A stretch of DNA of 64,000 bases from Octopus vulgaris (GCA_951406725.2 OX597826.1:51336001-51400000), one strand, 5' to 3'. Shown: positions 26,159 to 40,700, counted from the first letter of the stretch. Numbers and translations are program-made. The notes: a model not told the origin generated them from the letters alone.

Positions 26159-26730
26159 CTGTGTGTATGTGTGTACCTGTATTTGTGTATGTGTACATAA
26201 ATACATTCACACACAAGAACAACTCATTTGTACAGAAAGCTTAAAGGCGGCGCATGTATTCTAATGATAAATGATAATATATCTAAATTGTTGAAGTATC
26301 TGTTCATAGAGAATCATGACAGTAAGGAAAAATGTCTAAGCTAAATTAAATAGGTTTAGACAGTAAACTAATGGTACAAATATGATAGAATAACATAGTG
26401 TATATATGTATGTGTTATATGTGTGAGTTTATGAATGGGTATAAGCACATGACATACATACACACTTGAAGATTCTTGCACGACATTCCCGTATCCAATA
26501 AAAATTTTAATTGCAAAAGCAATTCCATTTGCAAATAATGTATGCAGCTGAACTGTGAAGGTACATACAAACATACATACATACATACATACATTCATAC
26601 ATACATACATACATACATGCATACATACATACATACATACATACATACATACATACATACATACATACATACATACATACATACATACATACATACATAC
26701 ATACATACATACGTATTTTATTTTTTATTC

Positions 26731-26991
26731 ATGCGCCGTTTTCAAGACTAGCGAGACTCATGGGCCCGGTTTTCCAGTTTCTATGGCGTATGTGTTGCCC
26801 TCCAGCTGGACGGGACGCCAGTCCATTGCAGCGTTGCTCAAGAAAGAGGAAGAAAGAGTGAGAGAGTACAACAGAGGTCGCTACCATCCCCTGTCGGAGC
26901 TTCGTGGAGCTTTAGGTGTTTCCGCTCAATAAACACACACAACCTCCGACCGCGAGTCCGCTGACCTAACCACTGGGTCATTGCACCTCCA
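26731..26991 (-). mobile_element. SINE head C + tail c
   Basis: Head C with an internal deletion; tail GCAATGGACTGGCGTCCCGTCCAGC..GAAAACCGGGCCCATGA..TTGAAAACGGCGCAT. Confidence 0.8.
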
Positions 26992-27239
26992 TACATATAT
27001 TCGTATATACATACATAATTACATCATACACTTCTCGAAGCGACAAGTCTCGTATTTGGTGTGGCAGACTATTTATCGAAAATACGATGAATACTATCTC
27101 CAACTTCGGAGCCACAACTATCAGCCTTGTTAAATACCTGGCTAATCTACAGATGAATTATCTGAGGGAGCCTTTTATTCACGATTGTAGTGACTTTCGA
27201 CTGAAACTTTAATTTAGCATGCATAGAGTTACTACAAAC

Positions 27240-28510
27240 AACATGGCTGAATAACAGTTCAACAGGTAAACAATTCTTTCTAGCTGTAGTTATAGAAGGA
27301 ACCGTAACTACAAAACTCATTTCTCTTGGAGTTATGAACTGAATAAGGATCTACTTAACTGCTACGAAAAAGCGAAACAAAACCCCGCTGTTGGCTATAT
27401 GAATCGATTGAAATCTTATCGGGATGATCTGCATTCAGAATTAAATAATTTTACTGCGAAGCAACTACGCCAACAGGCAACATTTGTAGAACATAGAAAG
27501 AAGGTTAGTAACTGAAACTTTATTAAAAAATCGAAAATTAACCTTCTTCCCAACTCTATAAACAAATACAAAAACGTGAATGATTTAAGACCACCACGTA
27601 GCTTTGCAGCTGGCGACACTCCAACAGATTCTACAGTGTCTGCCAGCCAAATACATTACTGCCTCAAGTAACTGGCCACTGTCCCCTTACTATGGCTATG
27701 GTAAATCGCAACGATTATTGTAGTAGTAGTGGTAGTCAGGATTATATGCTGGTGAAGTGTGCCCTTACTGAAATTTTCCGAGAAAAAATAACTTTGGCTT
27801 TGAAGTACTCTCTCGAGGAGGGAATATTTTCAGCCAGAGTAAGTAAAAAAATCCCACCAGATACAGTATTAAAAACTGTTAACGAAATTGGTGATGAGTA
27901 TTTACAACAATGTTATGAACCCACATACTGGCAGATTAACGCCTGTCTATATGCTCTAGCTACTACTGTAAAACAGTACATGAATGATATTAAAAAAAGT
28001 AAACAAAACCGAAATAACAAAGAAAGTACCATCATGGGTTTTTAAGATAGAGAAAAAGATAACTGGTTTACGGAAGACCATCAGTCATGTAATGATGCTT
28101 ATTGCATGCAAACAAGCAAATTACTATAAGTAGCACCAACAGAAAGTAAGGAAAGAGATAGATATGATGCTTGGAGACAGCAAAAAGAGGACACTCACTT
28201 GCAAACTGATTATCCTCAAGCAGGAGCTAAAAGCTGTCAGTGAAAAACCCCGACATCAGAAGAGAATAACCGAGAGAAGAACAATAAACAAAATCTTTAA
28301 CCGCAACCAGGCAGCAGTATACAGAGACATGAGAGGAGGAGCAGTAAACATCATAGAAGCTCCTTCACGAAAAGTCATAGACTTCTTCCGGAGGAAAATC
28401 TGGAGTGAAGAGATGGAATTTAACCAAGATGCTCTGTGGCTGGAAGAAACCCTAAAAGATTATTGCTCCTTCGTTACATCCAAGACATACAACATTTATG
28501 GTGAAACTCT
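27240..28510 (+). mobile_element. Decayed R4/Dong-like (RLE) non-LTR retrotransposon ORF, region N-terminal to RT
   Basis: Frameshifted peptides GYMNRLKSYRDDLHSELNNFTAKQLRQQA and ERRTINKIFNRNQAAVYRDMRG..PSRKVIDFFRRKIWSEEMEFNQDALWL resemble the pre-RT N..F..NQ..FY..L..FW..IW..N..A.WL block of R4-clade elements. Stops are present. Confidence 0.68.
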
Positions 28511-29551
28511 TGCAATTAGGACACATCTAATATGCTCGTGCTCTTTTATACTATTAAATACTTTAACTCTCTTCAATCCATGTATTATAGTCTTGTCTTA
28601 TGCACTCTATCTTCTTTGCGTAAACACTTTTCTGTTCATTTCGTGGCACAAAGCGTTCGTTTACATGGTCCATGAAACAACATAAATGTACCGAGAAGAT
28701 GAAGGCTAACAACTTTCGAAAGAATACTTATCCTACTCGGGTCAATAATCACGAAGAATTGTTGGGATTCTAGAAACCAGCTTTTCTGGCTCTGTCTCTG
28801 CGCGAATAAATTCATTGTCCCCAGTTGGGAAATCACAGTGTCACTGTTCCTGCGCCTTCACACCCCTGGTACTAGCCGTGCAACAACTCAATATTTTACC
28901 TCATTCCTTAACGTTTTGTATCTTTCATCACTTAAGTACATATTTAGCAGCACCTACCCACAACAAGTACTCTTCGTTCTGTTCTATAACGATGATATGA
29001 ATTTTACACTCCTTTGAAAGCATATATAAGAAGAAATACGTACGTGAGATACTCATATGTATCCGTGTGTAGCCATTGGTGTCAACGTGTTATGTGCCAT
29101 GTGTGTGTGTGAGTGAGTGAGTGTGTGTGTGTCTATACTGCTCCACATTACCGACATTAAATTAAATATTCTATTTAATTAGTAAGTTGTAAGACAACCA
29201 ACTAAAGATGACCTAGTTTGCAGTATATATTAGCAAACCATCAACCAATAACATTATTCAAAACCGAAGGGACTTAGCGATCTGAAAGCATAAATTCCCA
29301 CGCTCCATATACGTTTACTTACTCTTTTAAACACTACAGATTCTCGTAAATTAACAGTTGGCATTGTTATTATCTTTTCTTTACAGAATGGTGAATTTTG
29401 AGAAGTAAAATAAAATAATCTTCCTTTGTTCTACACAGAATAATGAGTCGTCACACATGAAACATGAGTTGGTGCTACAATCCTAGTAAAGCATCATAAT
29501 TTAACCACTCACTCAGGCACATACACACGAACGCATGCGCACATGTGTGAA

Positions 29552-29627
<76 letters not shown>

Positions 29628-29660
29628 GCCTGTCTATCTATCTATATACATGCACACGTT

Positions 29661-29885
29661 GAGCTGGCAGAATCGTTAGCACGCCAGGCAAAATGCTCAG
29701 GGGTATTTCGTCTGCCGCTACATTCTGAGTTCAAAATCCGCCGAGGTCGACTTTGCCTTTCATCCTTTCGGGATCGATTAAATAAGTACCAGTTACGCAC
29801 TGGGGTCGATGTAATCGACTTAATCCGTGCGTGTGTCCTTGTTTGTTCCCTCTGTGTTTAGCCCCTTGTGGGTAGTAAAGAAATA
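29661..29885 (+). mobile_element. SINE family B (tail Y)
   Basis: Near-identical to 47535-47762. Confidence 0.85.
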
Positions 29886-29943
29886 GGTTATGTGCGTATA
29901 ACGTACATAAAATGTTGCATACAATTAATTACATGTCCACAAA

Positions 29944-29977
<34 letters not shown>

Positions 29978-30402
29978 CCACCACACAGGCATACATATAA
30001 ACACGCACATATTTACACACATAAACACATACATAATTAATTACATGGATATCAATATAGAATTTAATGTATATATATAGACACGCATAGTCACAAGAGG
30101 ACAGAGAAATATTTAGATCGAGAACGGGACATACAACAAAGAGAGAAAGATGGGGGAGAGAGAGGAACAGGGAGAGGAGAGAGAGAGAGAAGAAGAGAGA
30201 GAGAGAAGAGGAGGAGAGAGAGAGAGCAAGGCGAGGAATTGGAAGGAAAGAAAAGAGAGAAGAATGTGGGCTTTGAAGAGTTTAAATTAAATTTAGAAGA
30301 GTATATTGAAAATACATATGGAAGCACGCATCATTGCTTTGACAAAGATATATTACATTAAATCTCACGAACAAACACTTATCTGTAGCTTCACTTTATA
30401 CA

Positions 30403-30469
<67 letters not shown>

Positions 30470-31462
30470 GTACACACACACACTTACACACGTATTTGTA
30501 TATATATACACACCTACAGAAACCGTTGTATGTTCATGAATTCTTTCATTCTGAATATATGATCTAAGACTGTTGAAATTCATTGAATTCGCTTAATCAC
30601 ACGCGAGCGCACACACACATACACACATACAAACACCCGATTGTAAATATATTCAATTTTGTAAGCAACTTTGGCTTATATATGTATATATATGTGTGTG
30701 TGTGTGTGTGTGTTTGGGTGTGTGGTGTGATGTGTGTGTGTGTGTGTGTGATTCTGTAATGTGAGATGTGTTTGTGTGTGTGTGTGATGTGTGATGTGTG
30801 ATGTGTGAGTGTGTTTGTATGTAAGTACATGCGCTTTCCTATATATTTGAGCATATATGACTAACGTCACTATAAGGGGGAGTGTAGTTCATTGACTTCA
30901 CTTTAGTAGTCAACCGCCACTGATTTTTATTGATCCTAGGCGGATAAAAATTAAAGTTATACTGATTTTGCCAATAGCCACTCTTAGATATCTAAACATT
31001 GTATAAATAATGATAACTCTCTCTCTCTCGCCCCCTCTTTCTCTCTTTTTGTATAGTATATTCGTCTAAGAACCCATTAGCTAGAATCCAGAAAATAAAT
31101 GGGTCTCCTATATCTGTCATTAGTAGTGCATGTGTATGTACACGTACAAAGATAATGCATACTTATTTACTTTCATTTTGTATCACAATTAGTGAACAAC
31201 AACCTCGTTCGTTACAGGTTTCCTATCTACCAATCACGAGGTGATGGCATTTGATACAATGACAGTTTGAAACGGAGTGTTTGTAACTCGGTGCAGATTA
31301 TAGATAATTTTTCAGTAAAATCCTGTTGTTTTGGCGATGTTTGTCTCATTTGCCGATATTAGTTATGGGTTTCCATAATTCGACGTTGAAACTTCATTTC
31401 TTCAAACAGCTGCATTACTAGTCCTTGCATTAACGTGTAATCGGTTGAGTATTCTGCAGGCA

Positions 31463-31874
31463 ACTCTTTACTCTCTTTTACTCTTTTACTTGTTTCAGTC
31501 ATTTGACTGCGGCCATGCTAGAGCACCGCCTTTAGTCGAGCAACTCGACCCCGGGACTTATTCTTTGTAAGCCCAGTACTTATTCTATCGGTCTCTTTTG
31601 CCGGACCGCTAAGTGACGGGGACATAAACACACCAGCATCAGTTGTCAAGCAATGCTAGGAGGACAAACACAGACACACAGACATACACGCACACACACA
31701 CACACATATATGTATATATACATATATACAACGGGCTTCTTTCAGTTTCCGTCTACCAAATCCACTCACAAGGTTTTGGTCGGCCCGAGGCTACAGTAGA
31801 AGACACTTGCCCAAGGTGCCCCGCAGTGGGACTGAACCCGGAACCATGTGGTTGGTAAGCAAGCTACTTACCAC
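31463..31874 (-). mobile_element. SINE family A, near full length
   Basis: Near-identical to 35036-35461. Confidence 0.88.
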
Positions 31875-32404
31875 TGGGCGAAAATTAATTTTCAGGCACA
31901 ATCAGCGAGACAGTATATGACGGGGCTCAACATTTTAAATTACAGATACAATTTATCCGATGAGCTTTTATACAGTTACCATGTAGCCAATTTCTGCCAC
32001 AAGGTATAGATTGTCTTGAGTCTATAGAAAATGACACTTTAACATTTGCCACGCAGTGGGATCGGACGAATGGGCTCCTGGTTGCAAAACCAACGTAGCC
32101 GTTCGGTCATTTGCGCCTACTTGGCCGATATTCATCTGCGAAAATTACAAATACTTTTCGCGCAGGTCACGTCGATCAAATGTCAGTTTTGTGAACGTTA
32201 GAAATTTGCTCATAACGTTCATATTTTCACCGCTGTCCACCAACGGGGAATTTTTAGCCGATCTACCCAAAGATAAGTTGAGTATTTACAAATATTAGTT
32301 GTGTTTTTTTATATTCTTTATTTGCCAATCCTGGTACAAAATCCTTTGTTCTGAAATGACATTTTCAAATAAGTTTCGTACAGTAACTTATTAGGTGATA
32401 ACTT

Positions 32405-32497
32405 ATTAGCTGATTATTATTTTAATGGGTAATTAGCTAATATTATTTTAGTGGGTAATTAGCTTATATTATTTTAATGGGTAATTAGCTTATATTT
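32405..32497 (+). repeat. Minisatellite, about 26-bp unit ATTATTTTAATGGGTAATTAGCTTAT, 3-4 copies
   Basis: Visible tandem units. Confidence 0.8.
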
Positions 32498-32605
32498 TGT
32501 CATTTAATAACGATTATAAGTAGTTTGTTTATCATTTAAAGAAGTTCTGTTCTTACAATATTTTATCATCGTGAAGTGATATTATTGCGTTATAAAATAG
32601 TTATA

Positions 32606-32960
32606 AACAAGAGCACTCAGAGAGCGCAAACCTCCGCCAAGGCAACACCAACGTCCTCTCAACGATTAGCCAGAGATGTTTTTTTTTAATGAGAATATCT
32701 GAAATAAACTCGATTGCCCACACAAACGAAAATACTAAAATTGAACCCGACATGGGAAAAAAAAAAGAAGAAGCCAGAATCCTTGCCCGGTACCAGATCG
32801 ATCCCAAAATCTAATCAGTTCGTGCCAGTCCCGAGGCCTAACATCACTGAAGGTTTCATTTGAATCCATCCAGCGGTTCTTGAGATATCTTGTCCTCGGA
32901 TAAACAAACAAACAAACACGACTGAAAACAATACTTCCACCTTCGCTAAGGCAGAGGTAA
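32606..32960 (-). mobile_element. Non-autonomous Helentron/HINE (DINE-1-like) element
   Basis: Minus strand TTACCTCTGCCTTAGCGAAGG... (GTTT)n ... CCTTGGCGGAGG TTTGCGCTCTCTGAGTGCTCTTGTT: sub-terminal inverted repeats, internal microsatellite, 3' hairpin and TT ends. Confidence 0.65.
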
Positions 32961-34069
32961 CAATTCTGAAAAATGGAAAATCGTTCTCAACATCAAAACA
33001 TTCCTCTGGGTAGTTAAGAAGATTAATTGGAAGTTATTCTCCGAATGGAATTGAAGGTTGTTTTAGTGTTTGTTATGTGATGACTTGTTTCCCTCAGTTG
33101 TAACAACGCTTATGGAAAATCTACGCAGAGACAAGAAAGCAATGAGTGTAACACATGAGTTATGCTCGTAAAATTTCTAGAACAAATAAAGTCAACATTT
33201 GAGGTGAAAAACATCCACTCAGTTGAACCGTCTTTTGTACTAAGGTAACGTTTTTTTTTTATAAGATAAGGATGAAAGAAGGGGAGCCGAAACATTCTAA
33301 GGTAGTAACAGCTGCTCTACGTGTTACAATTGTTGCACTAGGTGTCGTGATGTTCAAAATAATTGTTGAGGTTGCAAGAGCAGACAGCGAAACAGCTAAA
33401 GTAATCTCTGTGAAATATCAAGCCATTTTATAGAGTGATGAATATTCAGGAGACCTTTATCTCATTGTAGAGGAGACGGCGTTACACTGGAAGAGCATTC
33501 ATCCCAGCAACTTAATTGCGACCAAAGAGTTTCAGTTACGCCAATTCTACCATTTTAGTTGTATCTTGTGAGTATGCATGGTTTAGTGGTTAGGCTGTTG
33601 TACTCACGATCGGGGTTTCAATTACTTGACCGGGTGATGCGTGGTAATATTGAGCAAAACACTTCATCTCACGATACCCTACGACCATTTCAACATCTGA
33701 GGTGTAGAAATATTTGTTTGTAGCACAAACATTTGATCGCTGTAAAGAAAATCAACCGTACATTGAAAAGCTGCAGAAACGTCTTTGTCGGTTACGAGAG
33801 ATTCATTAGCGGCCTCTATGATATTAAGTATGTAATAATATGCAATTTCCGATCTACCCTTGAAAACGGCAGGATGTGGTTTGTTTTAAAATCAATTGAT
33901 ATAACTATTAAGTTGAGCGACCACGTAATTTGTGTAAGTGAGAATATATGATGTGCCGTGTAGAGGTTATTTGTCTGAGTAGTTGAGATGCGTTTGCGTA
34001 GCATAAACCGTCGAATTATATTTGTACAGAATATAAATAAATGGTTACTGTTTGTAAACTTTTTAATCT

Positions 34070-34662
34070 TTTCTACGTGTTTCAATCATTAGACTGTAGG
34101 CATGCTGGGGCACCGCTTTGAAATTTTAGTTGAATGAAACGACCCCATTACTTATTTATTTTCTAAAGCCTGGTACTTATTTTATTGGTCTATTTGCTGA
34201 ACCACTGTTATGAGGGGGTAAACAAACCATCACTGGTTGTCGTGCGGTGGTGAGGACGAACAAAGACATACACACATATAAACACGCGCGTGCGCGCAGA
34301 GATTTACATTTAACACTAAATCTGTTTTACCTGATGACATAGTTCAAATTCTGCATTATTTTTAAAGAGTGTTTTACATTTTCTATTAATGCAGATATGC
34401 CAGTAATTTATTCATTATTAAATATGATAATATAAGATATTTACATGTTTTTTGAGTTATGAAACTAATTAGTCGTAATATTTGCATTTTGTATCGTTAA
34501 ATAAAGATTCTTCTAAATATTTATCTGTCATCTATGACTATATATATATATACATGTATACATATATATACATATGCATACATATACATATGCATATATA
34601 TATATACATAAGCATATATATACATATGCATATATATACATACATATATATATATATACACA

Positions 34663-34708
<46 letters not shown>

Positions 34709-34890
34709 TATATATATTTATATATATATATATATATACAGTGATTTTCTTTCAGAGTTTCCGTCTACCAAATCCCAAGTCTTTGGGCGGCCAGAGGCAA
34801 TAATAGAAGAGAGTTGCCCAAGATGCCACGCAGTGGGACTGAACCTGGAAACATTTGATTAGGAAGCAAACTTCTTACCACACTTCCACG
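34070..34890 (-). mobile_element. SINE family A, old copy split by about 470 bp of AT-rich and microsatellite sequence
   Basis: 3' half at 34070-34270 and 5' half at 34740-34890. Confidence 0.6.
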
Positions 34891-35035
34891 TAATGTTGAA
34901 ATTTTTATACATGTTAGATATTACTGTATGAAGATTGCTACATCGTTCAAATTTGGTGAAACCCACTCATTTTCGAACGAACAATGAGACGATCTCAAGT
35001 GTAAGGCAGGAAAGAGTTAAACCTATTTTACTATA

Positions 35036-35231
35036 TACTCTTTTACTCTTTTACTTGTTTCAGTCATGTGACTGTGGCCATGCTGGAGCACCACCTTTTT
35101 AGTCAAGCAAATCGACCCCATGACTTATTCTTTGTAAGCCTAGTACTTATTCTATCGGTCTCTTTTGCCGAACCGCTAAGTTACGGGGACCTAAACACAT
35201 CAGCATCGGTTGTCAAGCGATGTTGGGGGGA

Positions 35232-35289
<58 letters not shown>

Positions 35290-35461
35290 CATATATACGA
35301 CGGGCTTCTTTCAGTTTCCGTCTACCAAATCCACTCACAAGGCTTTGGTCGGCCCGAGGCTATAGTAGAAGACACTTGCCCAAGGTGCCACGCAGTGGGA
35401 CTGAACCCAGAACCATGTGGTTGGTAAGCAAGCTACTTACCACACAGCCGCTCCTACGCCT
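35036..35461 (-). mobile_element. SINE family A, full length
   Basis: All modules present; tail (TCTTTTAC)n on the plus strand. Confidence 0.88.
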
Positions 35462-35881
35462 ATATGTTATTTAATTAGAAATGGATTGCTGCTGGAATGT
35501 TTTACATTTTCATGGCACAAAATAAATACAGCGCAGCATGAGGACGTTAAACACTCACTGTTCAATTATCCCACAGTCAATCCAACATCCCTGTTTGCTT
35601 GAACTATTTACACACTACGCTACCTCTGCCACTTCACACATATTCACACACATGTATTAATATTACTTCTTCCATGAATGATGTTTTCATCTCCTATCTG
35701 CATTGTAATTCAGATTTTAATTAATTAAAATTTAGGCTTGCCACCCTCTTTCCCTTGACGATATTTCATTAATATTCATCATAAAGTCGATGCCCATAGT
35801 TTCCTTTTCTTATTGCCACAATCATTTCATTTCATTGATTTTGTTGTTTTACTCATTACTTTAAAGAAATCAGCACTCGCT

Positions 35882-35934
<53 letters not shown>

Positions 35935-35960
35935 GTATATACGTATATATATACTTGCAT

Positions 35961-35995
<35 letters not shown>

Positions 35996-36029
35996 CACGC
36001 ACGCACACATATATGTATGTATATATGTA

Positions 36030-38640
36030 TGTATAGAGCAAGCAAGCATATGCACAGAATAATAGCTCATATGTCAGTAAGGCTAATTGCATATATAAAA
36101 AATGCTGTATTTTTTCCCTTTCCTTTTTCTTTCTTGTTTAAATTTTATCTGTGACCCCTATTCTCTATGTGACCCCAATTAGTAATATTACGTTTAACAT
36201 TGAAAGACGGTCGATTGGCACAATCGTTAACAAGTAGAACAAAATTCTTTGCAGTATTTAGTTACGGATCTTTATGTTCAGAGTTCAAATCACGCCAACG
36301 TTAACTTAGACTTTAATCCTCTCGGGGTTGATCAAATAAAGTATCAGTCAAATACTGGAATCGAAGGTATGGATTAAACCTTGCTTCTCGCCAAATTCAG
36401 ACTTCGAACTCATTAAAAAAGATACCGGAAGGAATTCGAATGTTAGTCTGGTTAGAAAGTTGGGCTATACCTTTTGGTATTTCATCCGACTCGCTGCGTT
36501 TTGAGTTCAAATCTTTCGGAAGTCCTTTCGCTATCCCAAGGGCGATAAATAAGTACCAATCAAGTACTGAGGTCAATTATTTTCCTTCTTTTTCTCAGTC
36601 TCAGAACCAATTCTTATATTTCGTGATTGGGTCATAAGGGAAACCACTCCTAACGTTCCACTTTTTAAAAAATAAAATGGAGGACAATTGTCTCAGTTAA
36701 CAACAAAATGTTCTCATCTATAGCACGCTAGAAAACGCTCTGAAGAAACCAGAAAACATGGTAAGCGTAGGTGGATTGTTGTGTTGTACACTGCGGTATG
36801 GATAAAACAGAAAAACAAACTATAAAACAAATAAAGGTTGAGTTTCCATACTGTTAACGTTCAATGTACGTTACTACGAGTGTCAATAAAGGAATTTTAT
36901 GCTATTTTAATAAATGTGATAATGGCGGATGCAATACAAAATTAATCCACAAAATAATAAAAAAAAAATAAAATAAAACGAAAATTATAAAAAGGAATCC
37001 AACAAACTATTCCTCGTCGATCAGAGTAAAAATAATCAGCAACGAGTTCAATTTGCCGACCAGGCTGTCAATCAAATTAGATTCTTTAAAATTCTTGCTG
37101 GAATTCGACAGAGAAAAATAAGTCCAATGAATCATTATGGAACGTAGATTGATGCAGCTGATTGTGTGAGACTGTCAGTAATTTGCAAGGAATAATGCGA
37201 ATCTTACTTAGTCGTTTATGAATGTACATATGTTCGTGCACAAGCCTGCTGTAGTGTTATAAATAGACAGGTTTCATATATGCACATTTTTTAATGAAGG
37301 AACCATTCGCTTATTTGTTTACTTTGGAGGGAGGAGGAGGAGGAGGAGGAGGGCCCGTGTCCTTCGTGGGCCTCCTGAGACTAGAGACATCGCTGCCGTT
37401 AACATCAGCTCAATCGATTGTAAGTGGATGACTTCTGGAAATGATCCTGAGCAGGAAATGATTTCAGTAGGGGAAGATGTTCCAGGGAATATGATCGAGG
37501 TGTAAGGACTAGTGCCGGGTAAAGACTGGAGTTGGACACAACCGGGTTGATGCCCGTTTTGAGTGCCTATAAGGCGATGAAATGAGAGTAGCCAGGTTCG
37601 AGGAGTAGAAATCATTGTAATAACGAAAATATAGCGGAGAGTGGACATTTCACATCTCTAGGGCGGATGTTGGAGCACGTCTGTATTAGAAACAGCCGTA
37701 ATGACTTTCTCAAATCATAACCATCGACTTTCAAACATAATGTATAGTATTGTCTCAGATAAATTACATCTGAATTTTCATCATGGCCATATCTAAAATG
37801 TCATCAATTATAAATTTGCTTAATCGGGTTAACAAGTCCATCAGAAACATTTTTTTTAGCGCTTTCCTTAAACTTGAAATCTAACTTCAGATTGAGCGTC
37901 ACTAACGAATATTATATAATGATATATAATTTGTACTCCTTCATTTTCTCACGTGAAGGAAATCGTCAAGGTATTCCTGAATGATGCAATCTCACACATT
38001 TGATTCATCTTGGCACAAGGATAAAGTGTTGCTAGAATTTCTCGTACAACTGAATGAATTCCTACCCTGCACATTACTCGGAATTTGATAAAAGATGCCC
38101 GAAAGATAAAATTGTTGCTTATCCACGGGTAAGCCAAATAGATTGCGTCGTGGCATTTGTCCTGACCCCGTGTAACATGAGTTCAAATCACGTCGATCGG
38201 GGTCTATAAAAAAATAACAATCCAGGACGGTGAATTGGCAAAATTATTACAGGTTCAGACAAGATGCCTTGAGGAATATTTGACACCAAAGTTTCTGACG
38301 ATCCTGGAGCTAATCTGTGTCAGCACAAATGGCAACCTTTCCTTTGAGTAAACATCTGTAGCATAGAGACGAGATGCATGCATACATGGATAACTGCTAG
38401 ACTTCCTGAAATCTTTCCCAGGCCTGCACATGTGTAGATTCCGATAATCGACCTTCTTTCACTGTTAAATATAATATATTAACTGGGGTCAAGTAGATAA
38501 TAATGGTTCACAGATAAAATTGAAAGAAAATAGAAAAAGTAAAAGAAAAAAAGAATTTAGCGTTTTACGTATATGCAATTAGCGTTACTGATAAATGAGC
38601 TATTATTTTATGAATATGCTTGCTTGCTCTATACATACAT
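36030..38640. repeat. Inverted duplication of about 190 bp (36030-36220 versus 38444-38640)
   Basis: GTATAGAGCAAGCAAGCATAT..AATAGCTCAT..TCAGTAA..CTAATTGCATATA..AATTTTATCTGTGA..GACCCCA..TTTAACA..GAAAGA.GGTCGATT occurs in both orientations. Confidence 0.8.
37328..37700 (-). mobile_element. Decayed CR1/Jockey-like LINE 3' end with (CCT)n tail
   Basis: Minus strand RDV..YFRYYNDFYSSNLATLI..HQP..VQL..GTSPYTS resembles the C-terminal RR.VA.L..FYRY..G.CS.EL..HP..V..RT..Y motif. Confidence 0.55.
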
Positions 38641-38781
38641 ACATACATACATACATACATACATACATACATACATACATACATACATACATACACATAT
38701 ACATACATACATACATATATGTGTACATATATGTATATAGATAAGTGTATATATGTGTGCATGTCTCCCTTTCTCTCTCTC

Positions 38782-38817
<36 letters not shown>

Positions 38818-39659
38818 CGCGTATATATAGCGTCATTGTTAACCAAGGGGAGATCTAAAAACATTAATGTTTATTGCTCATATGGACGTTAATTTAACTT
38901 TTCTGTCAGAGTAGTTTGGGATCATGTGACGTCGCTGCGCTTTACTGCATTCACTATATGCCAGTATCTTCTCTGACTCTTTCCGGGCGATCCGCCGAGC
39001 AGTTTCCGTGTCAGTTACCAATCTCCGCGAGATACCTTCCCATTTGCCGTGACCACATGGCATGCGGTCGTCCATCACAAGTCGTCAGTCCATCCTGATT
39101 CCCAGTGAAGTGAATACGGTAAGCAGGGTCTTACTCGGAAAATCGAGCAACATGGCCAAGCAATCTCAGTTGGCGCTCTCGAATCAGGTAAGGGCACATC
39201 CCATTTACTGAGTATAATCGTTGCTTAGATACGAAACTCGAACAATGGTAACCCCTAATCTTGTGATGCGTCTTGGTACCGAGAGAGTGCAGGCGGCTCC
39301 TAAGAGCCTGGGACAGCGTCTGAGTCTCACAGTTATAGTGTATAATGAACGCATGTATAAATAATTATTCATACGTATACAGACATATCGTCGTCGGCTA
39401 GTCCCTCGACTCCGAATATTGATTTGTCCTCCTGGACGAATATTTGGACCATTAATACCGTTGGCGAATGTGGCTAACGAGGCCAATCCTCGCGTAGACC
39501 ACGCGATTGCATTAACCACACGTGAATGTCGGAGTCGACCGTAGTTGTTGCTGTCTGGCCTTCTGTTGCCGTTATCTCTCCTCTTTTTTATTCTTTCCCT
39601 TTCAAATAATATTACATTACTGTTTATGTTTTGTCGTTTGTCGGGACGGTTGGTTACGG

Positions 39660-40700
39660 TCGTCTCAGAAGTCAAAGTATCGAAGCTGGTCTGCTTTGGA
39701 GTTGATTTTAGTCGTCTTTTCCCGGTTGCCAGAGCATTGAAGATTTGACGACGAAGCTGTTCATTGTTCATCCTGGTGACATGGCTGGCCTATCGAAGAC
39801 GATGTTTGATGATTAGGAATTTGATGATCTGACTGGCTATTCACTCTTTCCGACACGGAGTTATTGGAGACATAGTCAAACCACTTATATTCAACAGAGA
39901 TTGATGTTTCAACTGATGAAAGCGTTCGAGGTTTTTGATGTCACGACGATATAAAGTTCAAGTTTCACAACCACATACGTGGATAGATACAACAACAGCG
40001 TGGCAGGTCATAATCTTCGTCTTCAAAATTAGGTTTTTGTCTTTGAATAAATATTGTGTTTGTTTGCTGAAAGCTGAGTCGGTCGATCCGATTCTTCATT
40101 CCACATCTTGCTCAGAATTGCATTTGATAGAGAGTACACTTCCAAGGTACTACTTCAGTGGTGTGTCCGAAATGATGATATTGAACTCCGAAAAGGAAGA
40201 ATTCGGGAATGGATGGGCCATAACTTGAGTATTTTTAGTATTTACCGTAAGCCCCAACGTCGGTACGCATTGGTGAAATTATTGATAGCAGGAGTGACTA
40301 AATGCCGCGTCGTCATCGGTGTACTGGAGGTCTGAGATTCGCTTAGTACTGGTGAGATTCTTTGACCGAAACGTCCCCAGATTGAAGCCCCCTTCATCAA
40401 AACGATATCTGATGTCCCGTCATCGTTGATCCGGGCTAAGTTCATAGATCATTGCTGCAAGGTATAGGGAGAAAAACGTTTCAATCCTGGTGTAATCGGG
40501 AGTTCTTCAGAGAGTCGATCACGATAAAAGACACCTACAATCATACCATCATGCAGGGCTTTGGGCGGGGAGACAAAATGATCAGGACATCCGAAACGAT
40601 CAAGGACCATCTGCATGGCTTGTCTCAGTACACTGTCAGAAACCTTATACATAATAAAGAAGACAATGAAAAGGGGTTTTTGTTTTTCTCGGCTCTTCTC
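39660..40700 (-). mobile_element. Decayed RTE (BovB-like) LINE reverse-transcriptase fragment
   Basis: Minus-strand peptides VLDRFGCPDHFVS..LHDGM..LSEELPITPGLK; YLGSVLS..EQDVE*RI..DSAFSK; R*ASHVTRMNNEQLRRQIFNALATGKRR, compared with the RTE consensus FGCP..LHDGM, YLGS.LS and LRWAGHV.RM..RLPKQI..L..GKR. Confidence 0.8.
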
